A stretch of 64,000 bases of DNA from an uncultured bacterium (GTDB taxonomy: Bacteria > Actinomycetota > Coriobacteriia > Coriobacteriales > Coriobacteriaceae): assembly GCA_905215825.1 (NCBI GenBank), contig CAJMRO010000001.1:739-64738 (forward strand). Reading direction: 5' to 3'. Shown one piece after another: positions 1 through 9,046 of the stretch (position 1 is its first letter; each line of letters begins with the position of its first letter). The position numbers and the translations under genes are program-made. The notes under the pieces are model-generated. The model was not told where the DNA came from. It saw nothing but the letters and a program-made list of their open reading frames with translations, and did not search any database.

Positions 1-407
1 ACCTCCCCTTCCTCGCGGCCCACTTCGTGCATAAAGGCCTGCTTGGAGCCCAGCAGCATCACGGCAAACCAGCGGGCATCCTCATCGTCGTCAAAATCAG
101 CCACGAGCACGTCGGTGGACTCAGCTTTCTCGGCCTTGGTGAGTTCGGAAGAGATGAACTCCGCAATCTGCTGCGACAGGTCCACGAACTCACGCTCACC
201 AAAGAAATAGCTCTTGAGCTCGCCGCCGAATGCGGAGTTCTCGGCAAACGTGGCACGCTTGTTATCGGCCGAAGTGCGCGCGCGACGCAGATGTGTGGTC
301 ACGAAGTTGCGGACAGTACGGCTTTCGATATCCAACTCGCGCTGGCTCATGACGTTGACGGCAGAGTCAAAGTCCAGGATATGCAGAATCGCGTGATTGA
401 TTTTCAT
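1..407 (-). CDS. Nucleoid-associated protein (NA37/YejK-like), runs off the window
   Basis: Manual translation of minus strand from ATG 407: MKINHAILHILDFDSAVNVMSQRELD..., open to position 1; N-terminal AILHILD motif typical of this family. Absent from ORF track (no stop in window). Confidence 0.7.
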   Translation of the reverse strand, partial: MKINHAILHILDFDSAVNVMSQRELDIESRTVRNFVTTHLRRARTSADNKRATFAENSAFGGELKSYFFGEREFVDLSQQIAEFISSELTKAEKAESTDVLVADFDDDEDARWFAVMLLGSKQAFMHEVGREEGE

Positions 408-481
408 ATACGGCATTCCGTTCTAGATCGATTTCGGCACGAATCAGTATAGCGGTCGAGCCCGCCCCAGGCGCTTCGAAG

Positions 482-515
482 ATTGGTGCATCGGGGACAG
501 GTTGCTTGCACCAAT
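482..515. repeat. REP-like short palindrome, family A (TGGTGCA..GGGG[A/T]CAGGTT..TGCACCA)
   Basis: attggtgca-tcggggacaggttgct-tgcaccaat; similar copy at 1709-1739. Confidence 0.6.
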
Positions 516-673
516 GGTTAGCGCAGGAGCTCGGACTGCCAAGCCTCGAGCTGTTCTGCCAAACTCTTGCCGGCAGCGGGCACGTCGATCTGGGGTCGTT
601 TGGGCAGCAGCGCACACTTAAGAATCGCAACGATGGTCTGCGAGACAAAGCGTCGCGTATCCTTGTCAAAGCC

Positions 674-1678
674 TTACGCTGCCTGGAGCATCACGGGTAG
701 GCTCTCGCGCAGATTCCCAGCGATATCCGCAAACCGCTCAGCACCCGTAGCCTCAAACACGGAGAACAACGCATCTACAAAACGCTCGCGTTCGCTAGGC
801 GACACTGCAAGCAGCATCTCACGAATGGAACCATCAACGTATCGAGCACCGGCAGACAGGCGCTCACAGTACACGAAGTCGTGACCATCAACCACCCAGC
901 TAAAGGGATTGTGCTGCAGCAGGCTGAACTCGGTGCTCTCAACGATGGCATAGTCCTCCTGTGTCTCGAACATCATGCCAAAGATCGACGACCGAGGTAG
1001 CGTCTTGTCGATTCGACCGGAAAGATCGGCAAAGGCGTCGCCGTTCAGAAACTCCTCGACGAAGCCCGGGCCATCATGGGAATACGCCCGTTCGATTCGT
1101 TCACGGGCAACATCGGAGCACATCGCTGCACCGTACACCGCAAGGTTTCCACCCTTGGAATGACCCCCGCACAAAAGCGGCCCGCCAATCGCATCCGCCG
1201 CCTCGTCCACATAACGTGCCGCGGATTCCTGGGCCGGCACAGGACACCGGAACGCCATGTTAAAGTCTTCTTTCCAGCCCACAATCGTACTATCGGTCCC
1301 CCGGAAGGAAAGATAACTAAACCCCGCCGGAAACCGGAACGCCATGGCTGCGAACTGCTCCGTCGCCACCATATCGCTCACAGCACGATAGCCGCAAACG
1401 TGCACGCCACGGTAGCGAGGACTTGCTGCCACGGCCTCCAACAAGGCCCTGCTCCCCTCCGGGTCCCACAAGTCGTCAATCATGTCCCGGTAGCACTCGG
1501 CACGCAGCAGCTCGCGTACGTCTAGGCCCTGCCAGTTCGTCAGCTCCGCCATATCACCCGGCAAACGCAAATAGGACAACCACGCAAAGACGAGGCTATC
1601 CACCGCGCAGAACGGCCGCTCCTCAAACGGATCAAACGCCGTCTGGGCATAGGTCAAAAAATTAGGCGAATCCGACAT
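674..1678 (-). CDS. DUF2974/Mbeg1-like alpha/beta hydrolase (probably C-terminally truncated by a nonsense codon; frame continues to 518)
   Basis: FRGTD..GWKEDF, GHSKGGNLA lipase-type motif, DGPGF. Confidence 0.85.
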   Translation of the reverse strand: MSDSPNFLTYAQTAFDPFEERPFCAVDSLVFAWLSYLRLPGDMAELTNWQGLDVRELLRAECYRDMIDDLWDPEGSRALLEAVAASPRYRGVHVCGYRAVSDMVATEQFAAMAFRFPAGFSYLSFRGTDSTIVGWKEDFNMAFRCPVPAQESAARYVDEAADAIGGPLLCGGHSKGGNLAVYGAAMCSDVARERIERAYSHDGPGFVEEFLNGDAFADLSGRIDKTLPRSSIFGMMFETQEDYAIVESTEFSLLQHNPFSWVVDGHDFVYCERLSAGARYVDGSIREMLLAVSPSERERFVDALFSVFEATGAERFADIAGNLRESLPVMLQAA

Positions 1679-1695
1679 GGCCCTCCCATCAACTA

Positions 1696-1739
1696 TGGTG
1701 CATTGGGATGGTGCATTGGGGTCAGGTTACTTTGCACCA
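1696..1739. repeat. REP-like short palindrome, family A, with tandem partial copy
   Basis: tggtgcattggg x2 then gtcaggttactt-tgcacca; resembles 482-515. Confidence 0.6.
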
Positions 1740-1774
1740 AAAAGGCGCCCGGACCGTGTGGGCCCGGACGCCTT
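1739..1774 (-). terminator. Intrinsic terminator of ldh
   Basis: Minus-strand GC hairpin aaggcgtccggg..ccgggcgcctt followed by T-run. Confidence 0.7.
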
Positions 1775-1805
1775 CATTGTAGCTTTTCGCTCTAGCGAGC
1801 TTGAT

Positions 1806-2756
1806 TTAGCAGGAGAAATCGACGCTGTCGATGATGTCCTTGAGGGCCTTGGCGGAGACGGTGAGCTCATGCTGCTCGTCGTCGTTCAGCGGCACGGGGA
1901 CGCGGCAGACAACGCCGTCGCGGCCAACGACGGTCGGCATGGAGATGGCAAGATCGGACAGGCCATACTCGCCCACCATGAGCGAAGAGACGGGCAGAAC
2001 GGTCTGCTCATCGCGCATGACGGCGGTGCAGATGCGCTTGACGGCCATGGCGACGCCATAGTAGGTGGCGTGCTTCTTCTCGATGATGGTGTAGGCGGAG
2101 TTCTTGACGTCCTCGGCGATGCGCTTCTCGGCAGCCTCATGCTCCAAGTGGCCGTGAAGCTCACAGAAAGTGTTCAGCGGAACGCCGGCAACCTGAGCGC
2201 TGGACCAAGCGACAAACTCGGAGTCGCCGTGCTCGCCCATGACATAGGCCTGGACATCGCGCGGGTCAACCTCGACGTGAGCGCCGAGCATCTGCTGCAG
2301 GCGGCCGGTGTCGAGCACGGTACCGGAACCGATGACGTGGCCCTCGGGCAGGCCGGACATCTTGATGGCGGCGTAGGTCAGGACATCGACCGGGTTGGAG
2401 ACGATTAGCAGAATGCCGTCGAAGCCGGACTTCTTAATCTCGGGGATAATGGACTTAAAGATGCTGACGTTCTTGTTGACCAGGTCCAGGCGGGTCTCAC
2501 CGGGCTTCTGGGCAGCGCCAGCAGTGACGACGATCATGGCGGCGTCGGCGACATCGGAATAATCGCCGGCGTAGATCTTCATCGGCTCGGCAAACGTCAT
2601 GCCGTGCGCGATATCCAGGGCCTCACCCTCGGCACGGTTCTTGTCCACGTCGATGAGGACCATCTCGGAGAACAGACCACTCTGCATCAGTGCGAACGCC
2701 GAAGACGAACCGACGAAACCGCAGCCGACAATAGCGACCTTCTTCTCGTTAACCAT
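1806..2756 (-). CDS. ldh: L-lactate dehydrogenase
   Basis: GCGFVG Rossmann motif, AGAAQKPGETRLDL, SNPVD, GTVLDTGR, GEHGDS; start at MVNEKK with GGGAG RBS. Confidence 0.95.
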   Translation of the reverse strand: MVNEKKVAIVGCGFVGSSSAFALMQSGLFSEMVLIDVDKNRAEGEALDIAHGMTFAEPMKIYAGDYSDVADAAMIVVTAGAAQKPGETRLDLVNKNVSIFKSIIPEIKKSGFDGILLIVSNPVDVLTYAAIKMSGLPEGHVIGSGTVLDTGRLQQMLGAHVEVDPRDVQAYVMGEHGDSEFVAWSSAQVAGVPLNTFCELHGHLEHEAAEKRIAEDVKNSAYTIIEKKHATYYGVAMAVKRICTAVMRDEQTVLPVSSLMVGEYGLSDLAISMPTVVGRDGVVCRVPVPLNDDEQHELTVSAKALKDIIDSVDFSC

Positions 2757-2957
2757 TAGAAACTCCCATCTCTCTCCACAAACAAGCCGCCCGGGAACGA
2801 CCCGAGCGGCTTGTCGTAATCCCAATACATCCAATCGGGACTTTGATTATGCTCCTATTCGCAGCCAAAAATCGACCGTTTACCGAAATTGTTTGCAGTA
2901 TTCGTAAAATAACTGCACGAAATCGGTTTCGAGCTATTGACGAGTCGAAATAGGTTT

Positions 2958-4121
2958 CTAATACAAGCCCGCCTCGCGAATGGCCTCGACAGCCAAAGCG
3001 ATCTGGTCGGGCGGCAAAACCAGCGCCATACGCACGTGCCCCTCGCCCGAAGGGCCAAAGCTCGCGCCCGGCGTCACCACAACGCCGGCCTTCTCCATAA
3101 GCTCCTCGCAAAACGCCATAGAATCGGTGCGACCACCGGGAAGCTTGGCCCACACAAACATAGAGCCATGCGCGTTGGGTCGCTCCCAGCCCAGGCCCTC
3201 AAGACCGTCGCACAGGGCATCGCGGCGCTCCTGGTACTTCAGACGCTGCGCCTCGACCTCATCGCGCGGACCGTTCAGGCAGGCGATAGCAGCCTTCTGG
3301 ATCGGGAAAAACATACCAAAGTCAATCTGGCTGCGCAGCTTGGCAAAGGCCGAGACCACATCCTCGCGACCGACCAAAAAGCCGATGCGGGCACCGGTGA
3401 CGTTAAACGACTTAGAGAGCGAGAAGAACTCAACGCCCACCTCGAGCGCGCCAGGGTACTGCAGGAAGCTGCCACCCGGCTCGCCGTCGAACACGATGTC
3501 GGAGTATGCGTTGTCGTGAACGATGAGCAGGTCGTGCTCGCGGGCGAAAGTGATGATCTCCTCGTAGATCTCGGGCGTGCCCACCGAGCCGACCGGGTTC
3601 GCGGGCAGCGACACGATCATATACTTGGCACGATCGGCTACCTCGGGATCGATACCCGCCACATAGGGCAGGTAATTATGCTCGGCAACCAGCGGATAGT
3701 ATTCGAGCTTGGCATCGGCGATCTTGGCACCCGCCTCAAAGACCGGGTAGCACGGATCGGGAACCAGAATGGTGTCACCCGGATCGAGCAGGGCCAGGCC
3801 CAAATGGCCCACGCCCTCCTGCGTGCCGTTGCACGACTGCACCATAGACGGCGTAATGCCCGAAACGCCAAAGCGGCGCTCATAGTAATCGCACACGGCT
3901 TGCTTGAGTTCGGGCAGGTCGCGCAGGGCATACTTCCACATCTCGGGATCTTGGGCTGCCTGCGTGAGCGCCTCGACCACATGGTCGTACGGCTTAAAAT
4001 CGGGCGTGCCCACGCTCATGTTGTAAATGGTCTTGCCCTGAGCCTTCAGCGCGAGAAGCTTGTTGTTGAGCGAGGCGAAGACCTCCGCGCCAAAGCGGTC
4101 GAGACGCTGCGATGCCTGCAT
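2958..4121 (-). CDS. Class I/II PLP aminotransferase (LL-diaminopimelate aminotransferase-like)
   Basis: GTPDF, DNAYSD, SLSKSFNVTGARIG PLP-lysine motif. Confidence 0.88.
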   Translation of the reverse strand: MQASQRLDRFGAEVFASLNNKLLALKAQGKTIYNMSVGTPDFKPYDHVVEALTQAAQDPEMWKYALRDLPELKQAVCDYYERRFGVSGITPSMVQSCNGTQEGVGHLGLALLDPGDTILVPDPCYPVFEAGAKIADAKLEYYPLVAEHNYLPYVAGIDPEVADRAKYMIVSLPANPVGSVGTPEIYEEIITFAREHDLLIVHDNAYSDIVFDGEPGGSFLQYPGALEVGVEFFSLSKSFNVTGARIGFLVGREDVVSAFAKLRSQIDFGMFFPIQKAAIACLNGPRDEVEAQRLKYQERRDALCDGLEGLGWERPNAHGSMFVWAKLPGGRTDSMAFCEELMEKAGVVVTPGASFGPSGEGHVRMALVLPPDQIALAVEAIREAGLY

Positions 4122-4239
4122 GGTGCCACCTTTCGATATGAAAAACGCGGCGCTCCGACAAGAGCGCCGCGCGATACGGGCCATCAGATTGCAAAAGTGT
4201 AACGCTTGCAACCCCCGTATTGGTTCAATTTAGCCAACC

Positions 4240-6219
4240 TTAGTCAACTGGATTGAGCGCGTCGATCTGCGCAAGCCACAGACGCGAGCTAGCGTCACTC
4301 GGCATACGCCAATCGCCGCGCGGGCTGAGCGTCACCGAGCCCACCTTGGGACCATCGGGCAGGCAGCTGCGCTTAAACTGCTGGGCAAAGAAGCGACGGT
4401 AGAACGTACGTAGCCACGTGTGGACGGTCTTGGCGTCGTAGACGCCCTCGAAGCTCTTGAGCGCCATGCGGTAGATCTTGCCCGGCTCAAAGCCAAAACG
4501 CAGCAGGTAGTAGAGGAAGTAGTCGTGCAACTCGTACGGGCCCACCAAATCCTCGGTCTTCTGCGCAATCTCGCCGTCGCCCGTGGGCGGCAGAAGCTCG
4601 GGGGACACCGGCGTATCGAGGATATCGAGCAAGACCTCGGCAATGCGCCCGCCAAAGACATCGGCGGCATAGCGTACCAGATGGCGCACAAGCGTCTTGG
4701 GCACGCTCGCGTTGACGGCGTACATGCTCATGTGGTCGCCGTTATAGGTAGCCCAGCCGAGCGCCAGCTCCGACAGGTCGCCCGTGCCAATGACAAAACC
4801 GCCAGCCTGGTTGGCCAAATCCATCAGAATCTGCGTACGCTCGCGCGCCTGGCTGTTCTCGTAGGTCACGTCTTGGACAGCCGGATCATGCTCAATGTCC
4901 TTGAAGTGCTGCTCCACGGCCGCGTGGATCGAAACCTCGCGGAAGCTCACGCCCAGGTCGCGGGCGAGCGACTCGGCATTCGACTTGGTGCGATGCGTCG
5001 TGCCGAAGCCGGGCATGGACACGGCAGTGATGCCTGTGCGCGGCAGCCCCAGTGCATCGAAGGCACGCACGGTCACAAGCAGGGCCAGCGTGGAGTCCAG
5101 GCCGCCCGAAAGACCAATGACTGCAGCCTTGGTACCTGTGTGGGCGAGGCGGGTCTTGAGGCCCGCGGTCTGCAGGTCGAGGATGGTCTCGCAGCGCTCA
5201 GCCAGGTCACCATGGTCGGCAGGCACGAAGGGCGCGCGGGGGAAGACACGGTCTATGCCGAGCGCATCGCGCAGGACAGGCTCTTCGGCGAGCGAGCCCT
5301 CAAACGAGAACTCGACGGTCACGGCCTCCGGCGCATCGTCCGCGCGCGTCCATGTCGTCGAGCGACGGCGTTCAGCAACCAGGCGGTCAAGGTCAACGTT
5401 GGCGATGGCCATATCGCAGGTAAGCAGTTTGGTCGCGGCGAGCTTGGAGCCGTTTTCGTAGACGAGGTTCTCGCCCGCAAAGACCATGTCGGTCGTGGAC
5501 TCGCCCTCGCTCGCGTCCGCGTAGGCATAGGCGCAATACAGGCGCGCGCTCTGGTTGGAAATGAGGCTGCGGCGGTAATCCGCCTTGCCGATAATCTCGT
5601 CCGAAGCCGACGGATTGAGGATCACCGTCGCACCGGCAAGCGCCATCTCGGTCGAAGGCGGCGCCGGTACCCACAGGTCCTCGCAAACCTCAACGCCCAG
5701 CACCATATCCTCGGCACCCTCATCACAGCAGCGGTAGACAAGCCCCGAACCCAGCGGAACCGGACCCTGACCGGCAAATTCAACCCACACGGGATCCGCA
5801 GGCGACGGAGCAAACCAGCGACGCTCATAGAACTCGCCATAGTTGGGCAGATACTTCTTAGCCGTGAGGCCCAAAAGCTCGCCCGCGCAGCACACGGCGG
5901 CGCAGTTGTAGATATTCTCGGCAACTGCAACGGGAAGACCGATGGTAAAGACAATCGGCAGCTCGCGGGTTTCATCGAGAATATGTGCCAGTGCGGTCTC
6001 GCAGGCATGCAGTAATGTGCGGTTATGGAACAGGTCGGCCGCGGTATAGCCGGTCAGGTTAAGCTCGGGCAGTACCAGCGCGCGAACGCCGCGCTCGGCA
6101 GCATCGCGAACAGCCGCCAGCGCAACCTCGGCATTGTCCTCGACATCGGCCACGCGAATCCGCGGCGACGCCGCCGCCACACGCAAAAAGCCATCAGACT
6201 GAGAAAGGTGAAGATTCAT
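4240..6219 (-). CDS. nadE: Glutamine-dependent NAD+ synthetase
   Basis: Nitrilase-like N domain (LPEL, KKYLPNYGEFYE, CEDLW) plus SGGLDS, ENSQARER, QQFKRSCLPDGPKVG. Confidence 0.95.
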   Translation of the reverse strand: MNLHLSQSDGFLRVAAASPRIRVADVEDNAEVALAAVRDAAERGVRALVLPELNLTGYTAADLFHNRTLLHACETALAHILDETRELPIVFTIGLPVAVAENIYNCAAVCCAGELLGLTAKKYLPNYGEFYERRWFAPSPADPVWVEFAGQGPVPLGSGLVYRCCDEGAEDMVLGVEVCEDLWVPAPPSTEMALAGATVILNPSASDEIIGKADYRRSLISNQSARLYCAYAYADASEGESTTDMVFAGENLVYENGSKLAATKLLTCDMAIANVDLDRLVAERRRSTTWTRADDAPEAVTVEFSFEGSLAEEPVLRDALGIDRVFPRAPFVPADHGDLAERCETILDLQTAGLKTRLAHTGTKAAVIGLSGGLDSTLALLVTVRAFDALGLPRTGITAVSMPGFGTTHRTKSNAESLARDLGVSFREVSIHAAVEQHFKDIEHDPAVQDVTYENSQARERTQILMDLANQAGGFVIGTGDLSELALGWATYNGDHMSMYAVNASVPKTLVRHLVRYAADVFGGRIAEVLLDILDTPVSPELLPPTGDGEIAQKTEDLVGPYELHDYFLYYLLRFGFEPGKIYRMALKSFEGVYDAKTVHTWLRTFYRRFFAQQFKRSCLPDGPKVGSVTLSPRGDWRMPSDASSRLWLAQIDALNPVD

Positions 6220-6422
6220 AAGAATGCTCCTGTGCGTAGACGCCATTCACAACAATTAGCTAGCCCTATTGTAGTTCAACCGCCGAGTGTAACCGCATCC
6301 CACCAACTTGGTGAGCTATTGATGAGTTGATGGTATCTGTTAAATGTCACGTACGATTCACATCTGGTGGGTACCCTGATGGCTGAATGAAACGAAGCAG
6401 ATTTACACCGGGAGGGCCCCGT

Positions 6423-7385
6423 ATGACAACCAAGTACACCGACGCGCCGCGCACGCGCGTCATGACACCGGCCGCGCTCAACAACGGCGTTCACGAAAAC
6501 CATTCCATCGGACAGACCATGGCCATCGCGCCCAAAAAGGGCCTGTTCGACGACATTTCCATTCCCCAGATCGTCGCCGGCGCCGCAGCCGCCGCCACGA
6601 GCGTGGCGCTTGCTTCAAAGATCGGCATTGCCGGCTCGGTGATTGGTGCCGCTGTGAGCTCAGTCATCACTGTTGTGTCCTCGCAGGTCTACCGCCACTT
6701 TATCTCTGCCAGCGCCGAAGCAATCAAGGGCACGCATGCCGCTGTCGACTACCCTGCCGGCGCCTACGAGCCCGTTGAGCCCGATGTCGAGGAGCACCTA
6801 GGCGGCGCCGCGACCACGCAGGAGATGCGCCAGGTTGCGGGACGCGCGACCACGGCACGCGTCGCCCCTAACAGCCTGCGCGCCAAGGCCGCGGCAGAGC
6901 GCAGCCAGACGCAAAAGAAGGTCATCGTCTTCTCGATCGCCATCGCCATCGTCGCAGTCATCGCCTGCGCCGGCGCCATCCTTATCACCACCGCCGGTGA
7001 GGGTCTGGGCGAGCGCCCCGAGCCAATCCTTTCGTCGCGCACGACCGAGAGCGATGCAAATGGCAACACCCAGTCGCAAGATCAGCAGGCACAGGCGGAC
7101 GGCACGCAAGACAGTTCTACCTCTACCGATTCGTCCTCGAACACCCAAAACCAATCGCAGGGCACCGATTCCTCTACGGCCAACAGTGGCACGCCGTCCG
7201 GCACGACCGACTCAAGCCAAACGACTGACGGTTCACAGCCGAGCACGGGCGGCCAGACAAGCGACACCACTTCAGGAACGGGCACAGCAGACAGCAGCAA
7301 CACCAACAGCTCGAACAGCTCGAGCGGAACCGCGTCTGGCACGGCATCTGACAACTCGAGCCAAGGCACGGCATCGGGCAACTAA
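6423..7385 (+). CDS. Hypothetical membrane protein with Ser/Thr/Gln-rich disordered C-terminus
   Basis: Hydrophobic segments (IGIAGSVIGAAVSSVITVV; VIVFSIAIAIVAVIACAGAILI), low-complexity tail; GGAGG upstream of ATG 6423. Confidence 0.75.
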   Translation: MTTKYTDAPRTRVMTPAALNNGVHENHSIGQTMAIAPKKGLFDDISIPQIVAGAAAAATSVALASKIGIAGSVIGAAVSSVITVVSSQVYRHFISASAEAIKGTHAAVDYPAGAYEPVEPDVEEHLGGAATTQEMRQVAGRATTARVAPNSLRAKAAAERSQTQKKVIVFSIAIAIVAVIACAGAILITTAGEGLGERPEPILSSRTTESDANGNTQSQDQQAQADGTQDSSTSTDSSSNTQNQSQGTDSSTANSGTPSGTTDSSQTTDGSQPSTGGQTSDTTSGTGTADSSNTNSSNSSSGTASGTASDNSSQGTASGN

Positions 7386-7524
7386 GCACATTTGCCTCTC
7401 ATAGATAACCGACCTGTATAACGGGCGCGAATCGACAGCGGTTCGCGCCCGTTTGCCTTGGGTGCCGAGGTGGCACGTCCCGTGCGATGGTAAGATGCTT
7501 TGGTGTGTAAAGAGGAGATTTGCC

Positions 7525-8832
7525 ATGAGCAAGACAATAGTTAGGCCCACGCTTTCGCTGGGCAACCACATCTATCTGTATCGCCTGCTGCGCGACGCGA
7601 TTGGGTGCGGCAAGCAAACGTTTATGACGCAGGTCGAGGAGGCGCTCGCCGCCGGCGACATGACCGCTTATGACCTGGGCTTCGAGTCCACGCGCGAGCT
7701 GCTCGAGGAGCTCAACGACTGCATTAAGCTGACCGTCTTTAAGGGCGGCCGCCTGTATGCCACCGTCATCGCCAACGATGCCTGGGATGCCGCCCTTGCC
7801 AAGGGCGAGGACAAGCCCAAGGCTGCCAAGGGCGCCAAGCAGTCCTACAAAAAGAAGAAACGCGGCGAGAAGGACCTCAAGGCCGTGCGTCCCAAGCACG
7901 TTAAACGTCCCAAGCCAGAAACCATGGTTGAAGCCGCGCCGGAACCCGAGCCCGAGACAGAGATCGAAGTCGCTATTGAGGTAACGGCAGAAGCCGAAAC
8001 CGAAATCGCCGCCACGACCGATCCCAAAGTCATATCCGAGCAGGAAGCCACTGTGGAGCTCAATGAAGCGCCCAAGTCGACAACCAAAGAAGCTGCTGAC
8101 CAACCCGAGACGCCTACGTTCCAAAACAGCGATGTCTTTGGCAACGAGGCCGAGGACGATCAGTCCGACGAGCCCGCAGATCAAGACGCTACCGAGTCGG
8201 CGCCGGAGCCCGAGACGCCGCAGCCCGCCATCTCGCTCACGGTCGTCTATGACCCCGAGAACGTCAACGCCGGCATCACCACCATGGCATCCACGCCGGT
8301 CGAGACAAAGCCGAGCATCGAGAACGAGAACGCAACGCAGGTTGAGATTGAAACTGCAGCTGCAGACGCGCCCGTCACCGTGAAGCCCGCAGATTCCACA
8401 ATCGAGCCGGAAACGACGCCGGAGCCCGCACCCGTCATCGAATCCGTGCCCACCTCTGCTTGCGACCAAATTCCCGCACCGGCACCGGCTCCGGCACCCG
8501 CAGCGGCCCCAACCCCCGCACCTGCAGCGCCCGCCATCCCCGAGGACTTCCCCGTCGATTTCGCAACCGAGGTCTTCTGCCCCGGCCCGCTTCTGCACCA
8601 GTTGTCGACCTATCTCCCCTACGGCGCCGACACGCTCGGCATCATCGGCGAGTACTACTGGATCGCCCGCGAGCTCGGTACCATCGAGGCCGCGCGAAAC
8701 CGTGCAAGCTTCCCCCTGCACTATACGCAGGCCGGCGAGCGCCACGAAGTCACCGTGCGCATTCGCCGCAACACCACCGGTGGCCTCGGATCCACCTGGG
8801 CCATCGATAAAGTCGAAGAACCCGAGCAGTAA
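7525..8832 (+). CDS. Hypothetical protein: globular N- and C-terminal regions joined by long acidic/Pro-Ala linker
   Basis: GAGGAG RBS before ATG 7525, host-like codon usage, terminator directly after stop. Confidence 0.8.
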   Translation: MSKTIVRPTLSLGNHIYLYRLLRDAIGCGKQTFMTQVEEALAAGDMTAYDLGFESTRELLEELNDCIKLTVFKGGRLYATVIANDAWDAALAKGEDKPKAAKGAKQSYKKKKRGEKDLKAVRPKHVKRPKPETMVEAAPEPEPETEIEVAIEVTAEAETEIAATTDPKVISEQEATVELNEAPKSTTKEAADQPETPTFQNSDVFGNEAEDDQSDEPADQDATESAPEPETPQPAISLTVVYDPENVNAGITTMASTPVETKPSIENENATQVEIETAAADAPVTVKPADSTIEPETTPEPAPVIESVPTSACDQIPAPAPAPAPAAAPTPAPAAPAIPEDFPVDFATEVFCPGPLLHQLSTYLPYGADTLGIIGEYYWIARELGTIEAARNRASFPLHYTQAGERHEVTVRIRRNTTGGLGSTWAIDKVEEPEQ

Positions 8833-8836
8833 CGAC

Positions 8837-8878
8837 AAACGGCTCAAATCCAAATCAGGATTTGAGCCGTTTTTATTT
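8837..8878 (+). terminator. Intrinsic terminator
   Basis: aaacggctcaaatcc..ggatttgagccgttt + T-rich tail. Confidence 0.8.
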
Positions 8879-8903
8879 GTTGATGTTGCGTAACCAACAG
8901 CGA

Positions 8904-9003
8904 GCGGGCCGCAAGTGCCCCAGGTTGCCGTGAAAGAGGAGCGACGCGTACTTCGGTACGCGAGCGACGGCTTGAACGGCAAGATGGGGTGCTTGCGACC
9001 CGC
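8904..9003 (+). repeat. 100-bp imperfect hairpin element with cUUCGg-capped inner stem (REP/MITE-like or structured RNA)
   Basis: Outer arms gcgggccgcaagtgccccaggttgccgt / acggcaagatggggtgcttgcgacccgc; inner cgcgtac-ttcg-gtacgcg. Confidence 0.55.
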
Positions 9004-9016
9004 GCAGCGTCGAGCA

Positions 9017-9043
9017 GTTACGCGGTTTGGAAAACCGCGTAAC
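9017..9043 (-). terminator. Hairpin immediately after ettA stop (probable terminator)
   Basis: gttacgcggttt-gga-aaaccgcgtaac perfect 12-bp stem. Confidence 0.55.
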
Positions 9044-9046
9044 GAT

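Noticed and set aside
27..452. Plus-strand 141-aa ORF in the track
   Set aside because: Antisense shadow of the minus-strand nucleoid-associated protein gene starting at 407.
8470..8540. GCACCG-type short tandem repeats
   Set aside because: Encode the Pro-Ala linker of the 7525-8832 protein.
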